A DNA stretch of 64,000 nt, from contig CALXIZ010000117.1 of assembly GCA_944388495.1 (NCBI GenBank), positions 25,762 to 89,761 of the forward strand, read 5' to 3'. The stretch is from an uncultured Clostridia bacterium (GTDB lineage: Bacteria; Bacillota; Clostridia; Peptostreptococcales; Anaerovoracaceae). Below, in pieces: positions 60,732 to 64,000 of the stretch (positions are counted from its first letter, which is position 1; the number at the start of each line of letters is the position of its first letter). Under the pieces are notes generated by a model that was given only the letters and a program-made list of their open reading frames with translations, was not told where the DNA came from and did no database searches. The position numbers and the translations under genes are program-made.

Positions 60732-61670
60732 CTATGAAAGTGCTTCTGTCAGCTGCGGAATGATCTGCTTTTTGCGGGATACACATCCTTTGAGATACAT
60801 TCTTCCCTCTTCTGCGGAACGGAATGCTTTTGCGGCAGCGTCCGCGGCGCCCTCTCCGGCACAGATGAGATCGGTGGATTCGTCGAGAATGTCTGTCAGC
60901 ATGAAGAAGAGCATATCCACGCCGTGTTCCGGGAAGGTGGAGGTCATATATTCTGTCATACGTTTTTTGAGTTCGGCAAGCTCATCGGCATCCATGGAAG
61001 TGACCTGTCCCACGCCGAAAGTCGTGCTGCCGGCGGTGAATTTTTTGAAGTCCATATAGAAGATGTCGTGCGGGTCTTTTTCCAGAAGATCGCTTCCGGC
61101 TTTAAACATCTCTCTGGCATAAGCCTGGATGTCGCCGATGCCGGCGATTTCCGCAAGCTTTTCCGCCGCTTTGCGGTCTGTATCGGTGCAGGTCGGTGAG
61201 CGGAAAGCGAGTGTGTCGGAGAGGATCGCGGAACAGAGAAGACCGGCGATATTTTTCTCCGGAGTTTTTCCGGCTTCCTGATAGTGGAGGAAGACGATGG
61301 TAGCGGTGCAGCCGATCGGCATCGCTCTGAAATAGATCGGCTCAGATGTCTGAATGTCGCCGATTTTGTGATGATCGAGAATTTCGACGATCGAAGCGTC
61401 GCCGATATTTCCGGCAGCCTGTGCCGTTTCATTGTGGTCTACGAGAATCACAGTCTTTCCGGAAACATCTTCCAGAAACGAAGGAACCTCCGTCTGAAAA
61501 CGGTCGAGAACAAACTGTGTCTCCGGATTGAGGTTTCCGGCGCGTCCCGGGATATAGGAAGCATCGCCGAGCGTATTTTTGAAGGCCGCATAGCCGATTG
61601 CCGAGCAGATGGAGTCGGTATCCGGGTTTTTATGGCCTACGACATAAATTGTTTTATCTGAATTGCTCAA
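60732..61670 (-). CDS. ppaC: Mn-dependent inorganic pyrophosphatase (family II, DHH/DHHA2)
   Basis: 312 aa with VVGHKNPDTDSICSAIGYA and ILVDHNE (DHH). Confidence 0.9.
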   Translation of the reverse strand: MSNSDKTIYVVGHKNPDTDSICSAIGYAAFKNTLGDASYIPGRAGNLNPETQFVLDRFQTEVPSFLEDVSGKTVILVDHNETAQAAGNIGDASIVEILDHHKIGDIQTSEPIYFRAMPIGCTATIVFLHYQEAGKTPEKNIAGLLCSAILSDTLAFRSPTCTDTDRKAAEKLAEIAGIGDIQAYAREMFKAGSDLLEKDPHDIFYMDFKKFTAGSTTFGVGQVTSMDADELAELKKRMTEYMTSTFPEHGVDMLFFMLTDILDESTDLICAGEGAADAAAKAFRSAEEGRMYLKGCVSRKKQIIPQLTEALS

Positions 61671-61810
61671 AATAAATCCCTCCTGTACGATAGGTATGTT
61701 TCTGGATTAAATTTTACACCTCTGAGCCCGTCTGTACAATCATTTTATTTTTCCGCAGGAAAGACCGGTTTATCTGCGGACGGAGATCTCCGGTTTCGCT
61801 GCCTGGTCTT

Positions 61811-63031
61811 TTATTCCAGTTCGCCGAGCGGCCGCAGAAGCAGGATTTCGGCTGTCTCTCCTTTTCTGTAGAGCGTTTTTCCGAGTTCGGTGATGAGCAT
61901 GGCATCGGCTGCCAGAGGAGGATTGCCGTTCATTCTGTTGTGAGCGGGAGTCGCCAGAAGAACGCCGTCTTCTCTGCGCGAGACATTGATCATACACAGA
62001 AATTCGATAACGCCGGGAGCGCTCAGATCCTCCGTCATGACCGCGGAGACGCTGCGGCGCGGACAGAGCGCGCTTCCGAGAGCTCTCGCTATCACGGGAC
62101 GTACGCACCATTCCAGCCCGTAAAAGGCCGCTGCTGTCGGCCCCGACAGATTGATGAGAGGCTTTCCGTCTGCGACGGCAACTCCCATCGGTCTTCCCGG
62201 AGCGGCTTTGACCCAGTGACTGACCGCCGTTCCCCGGCCGAGGATAATTTCCGCGTTGAAATCCGCCTCTCCTTTGGAAGAACCGCCGTTGATGAGAATG
62301 ATGTCACATTCGGCAAGAGCGCGTTCGACGATCTCTTTCAGTTTTTCCCGTTTGTCTCTGATGATGGGATAGCAGACAGGTTCGCCTCCCATTTCGCGGA
62401 TCATGAATTCGGCGAGAATACTGTTGCAGTCGATATTCTGTCCGCGCTGCGGGATATTTCCGGCAGATATCAGCTCATCACCGGTCGGAATGAAGCCGAC
62501 CCGGGGTTTTCTGATAACGGGAACAGACGTGATGCCTCCGCTTTCGAGCGCGGCGAGATCCGCAGCGGTCACCGTGCGTCCGGCTCTGGCGAGGAGAACG
62601 CCCTTTTTCAGCATGGAACCGGCAGGGCGTACATTCATTCCGGGTTCGAAAACGGTTTCCTCCGGCAGACACAGAGTGAGGCTTCCGTCCCTGCCGATGC
62701 GGACGTCTTCGATGCGGATCACGCTGTCATAGGCGTCGTCAAAATCGTCGCCTGTGTCGGCGCGTACGAATTCTCTGCCGATTTTCCAGGAGGATGTGTC
62801 AGGAATACCGTCTCTGAAATCCGCGGAGCGGACGGCGATTCCGTCCATGGAGGAGGCTCTTACGACGGGAAGATCAAACTGTGCCCTCTGGTCTTCCGCC
62901 AGAATACGGCCGTAGGCTTCCCTCAGAGGAACGGATTCCGTGCGTATCTGCGGATTCCATATTTCAAATAATCTGCGGAGAATCTCCGCCTTGCTCAGAT
63001 GTTCCTGTATCGTCTTTTTGTCGGATATCAT
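61811..63031 (-). CDS. moeA: MoeA-family molybdopterin molybdotransferase-like protein
   Basis: ATG after AAAGGAG. Motifs include PLREAYGRILAEDQRAQFDLPVVRASSMDGIAV and, later, INGGSSKGEADF. Confidence 0.8.
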   Translation of the reverse strand: MISDKKTIQEHLSKAEILRRLFEIWNPQIRTESVPLREAYGRILAEDQRAQFDLPVVRASSMDGIAVRSADFRDGIPDTSSWKIGREFVRADTGDDFDDAYDSVIRIEDVRIGRDGSLTLCLPEETVFEPGMNVRPAGSMLKKGVLLARAGRTVTAADLAALESGGITSVPVIRKPRVGFIPTGDELISAGNIPQRGQNIDCNSILAEFMIREMGGEPVCYPIIRDKREKLKEIVERALAECDIILINGGSSKGEADFNAEIILGRGTAVSHWVKAAPGRPMGVAVADGKPLINLSGPTAAAFYGLEWCVRPVIARALGSALCPRRSVSAVMTEDLSAPGVIEFLCMINVSRREDGVLLATPAHNRMNGNPPLAADAMLITELGKTLYRKGETAEILLLRPLGELE

Positions 63032-63226
63032 GATTTTTCTCCTTTCCGGCCCGGCTCTGCAGCGCACCTTTTTCTGCCGGTGATTTCAGAAATATTTTAA
63101 CATAATTACGGCCCGCAGGTGTTGATCTTCTTTTTTCCTGTGCGTATATATTCTGTCCGATCTGGTATAATGATAAATAATATGTAAAAGAAGTAAAGAT
63201 GATGCGGAAAAAAGGAGGCGGAAACG

Positions 63227-64000
63227 ATGAAAGAAAACAGAAAAACGGATGCTCTTCCGCAGCCGGAACGGTATGTACGCCGGACAGAAGAGATTCAGTC
63301 CGCAGAGCCGGCGGGATCCGGCGGCTCTATGAAGAAAATGCGGCATATGCGGCGGCTGACAGCGGCGCTGCTGATTTTTTCCGTCGCCTGGACGGGAATC
63401 TTTTTCCTCGGCGGATGCAGCGGTATTTCCGGGAAACCGGTACGGACGCAGGGAGAGGGCACGCCGGCTGTCGTGGATGTCACGGGAGAGATGGAAACGG
63501 AGTTTCTCGATGTGGGAAAAGCGGACTGTATCGTGATACAGACCTCGTCTCAGACGGCAGTGATCGATACGGGCTATGACGATACACTGGATGATGTGAC
63601 GGAATATCTCGATTCTGAGGGAATAAAGAAGATCGATCATCTTTTTCTGACTCATTTTGATAAAGATCATGTGGGAGGCGCTTCCGGCCTCGTGGAAAAT
63701 TATGAGATCGGCACAGTTTACCAGCCCGATTACAGTGCCGATGAGGAGGATTCAAAGCATTACCGCAGATATGAAGAGGCTCTTCACGAAAAAGATATCC
63801 ATCCTGTGACGGTAAAGGAAGCGCTGGGAATTGTCATGGATGATGTGGTCTTTACTGTTTATCCGCCGGAGAAGCTGGAATACGATAAAGATAAAGATAA
63901 TAACCGCTCGCTGGTCATCGCGGCGGATCACGGTTCCGTCAGGATGCTTTTCGCCGGGGATGCGGAAAAGGAACGGATCGAAGAGATCATGACTCAGATC
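63227..64000 (+). CDS. Lipoprotein with an MBL-fold (ComEC C-terminal-like) hydrolase domain; the 3' end runs off the window
   Basis: Absent from the ORF track. My translation from the ATG 8 nt after AAAGGAGG gives MKENRK...LTAALLIFSVAWTGIFFLGGCSG (lipobox)...FLDVGKADCIVIQ...HLFLTHFDKDHVGG. The frame is open to base 64000. Confidence 0.75.
   Translation, partial: MKENRKTDALPQPERYVRRTEEIQSAEPAGSGGSMKKMRHMRRLTAALLIFSVAWTGIFFLGGCSGISGKPVRTQGEGTPAVVDVTGEMETEFLDVGKADCIVIQTSSQTAVIDTGYDDTLDDVTEYLDSEGIKKIDHLFLTHFDKDHVGGASGLVENYEIGTVYQPDYSADEEDSKHYRRYEEALHEKDIHPVTVKEALGIVMDDVVFTVYPPEKLEYDKDKDNNRSLVIAADHGSVRMLFAGDAEKERIEEIMTQI

Noticed and set aside
60589-61059. 156-aa plus-strand ORF, including a small ORF MKKLKIERKG... 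that starts just after the 15-bp hairpin
   Set aside because: It runs antisense into ppaC with poor composition. The AAGGAG upstream of it lies inside the hairpin loop.
63199-63579. 126-aa ORF from the track
   Set aside because: It is in the wrong frame. The frame starting at 63227, with RBS AAAGGAGG, encodes a lipobox plus a clear MBL-fold HxHxDH-type motif and stays open to the end of the window.

Overview
This window is the replication-origin neighbourhood of a Firmicutes chromosome, probably Clostridia or Lachnospiraceae-like. The canonical core is complete. dnaA-dnaN-recF-gyrB-gyrA lie on the minus strand to the left of a bipartite oriC, and rpmH-rnpA-yidD-yidC-jag-mnmE-mnmG-rsmG-noc-soj-spo0J lie on the plus strand to the right. 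oriC has DnaA boxes at 32.18-32.29 kb and 33.89-33.99 kb, with an AT-rich, DnaA-trio-like element at 32.13-32.18 kb. Every gene left of oriC is on the minus strand, and every gene from 34.2 to 47.5 kb is on the plus strand, as expected for diverging replication forks. The left arm carries housekeeping genes: gatCA behind a T-box, an MBOAT/DHHW pair, type III glutamine synthetase, adh, a MocR regulator, aroE, pyrG, carAB, an ANTAR regulator, a thioredoxin-like operon, trpS and a SigB-like module. The right arm carries a cysteine-desulfurase-like gene, a patatin-like lipase, rnhA, yycH-yycI-yycJ-htrA, rlmH, a small AT-rich islet, panE, mnmA, ppaC and moeA. I saw no rRNA, tRNA, CRISPR array, transposase, integrase or phage gene, and no recognisable defence system. 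The items most worth a second look are: (1) carB fused in frame to a dapF-like domain whose first catalytic Cys is Ser; (2) an RsbW/SigB-like pair with no RsbV, directly after gyrA and translationally coupled to trpS; (3) a very dense DnaA-box cluster about 10 kb from oriC, upstream of a monothiol-Trx / methyltransferase / TrxR-like operon; (4) an orphan consensus promoter plus terminator unit, a candidate sRNA, between glnN and an SdpI-like gene; (5) an ANTAR-type leader on glnN together with a pseudo-receiver ANTAR regulator; (6) a parS-like site inside the spo0J terminator hairpin. Coordinates that I counted from the printed sequence rather than from the ORF track may be off by 1-2 nt.
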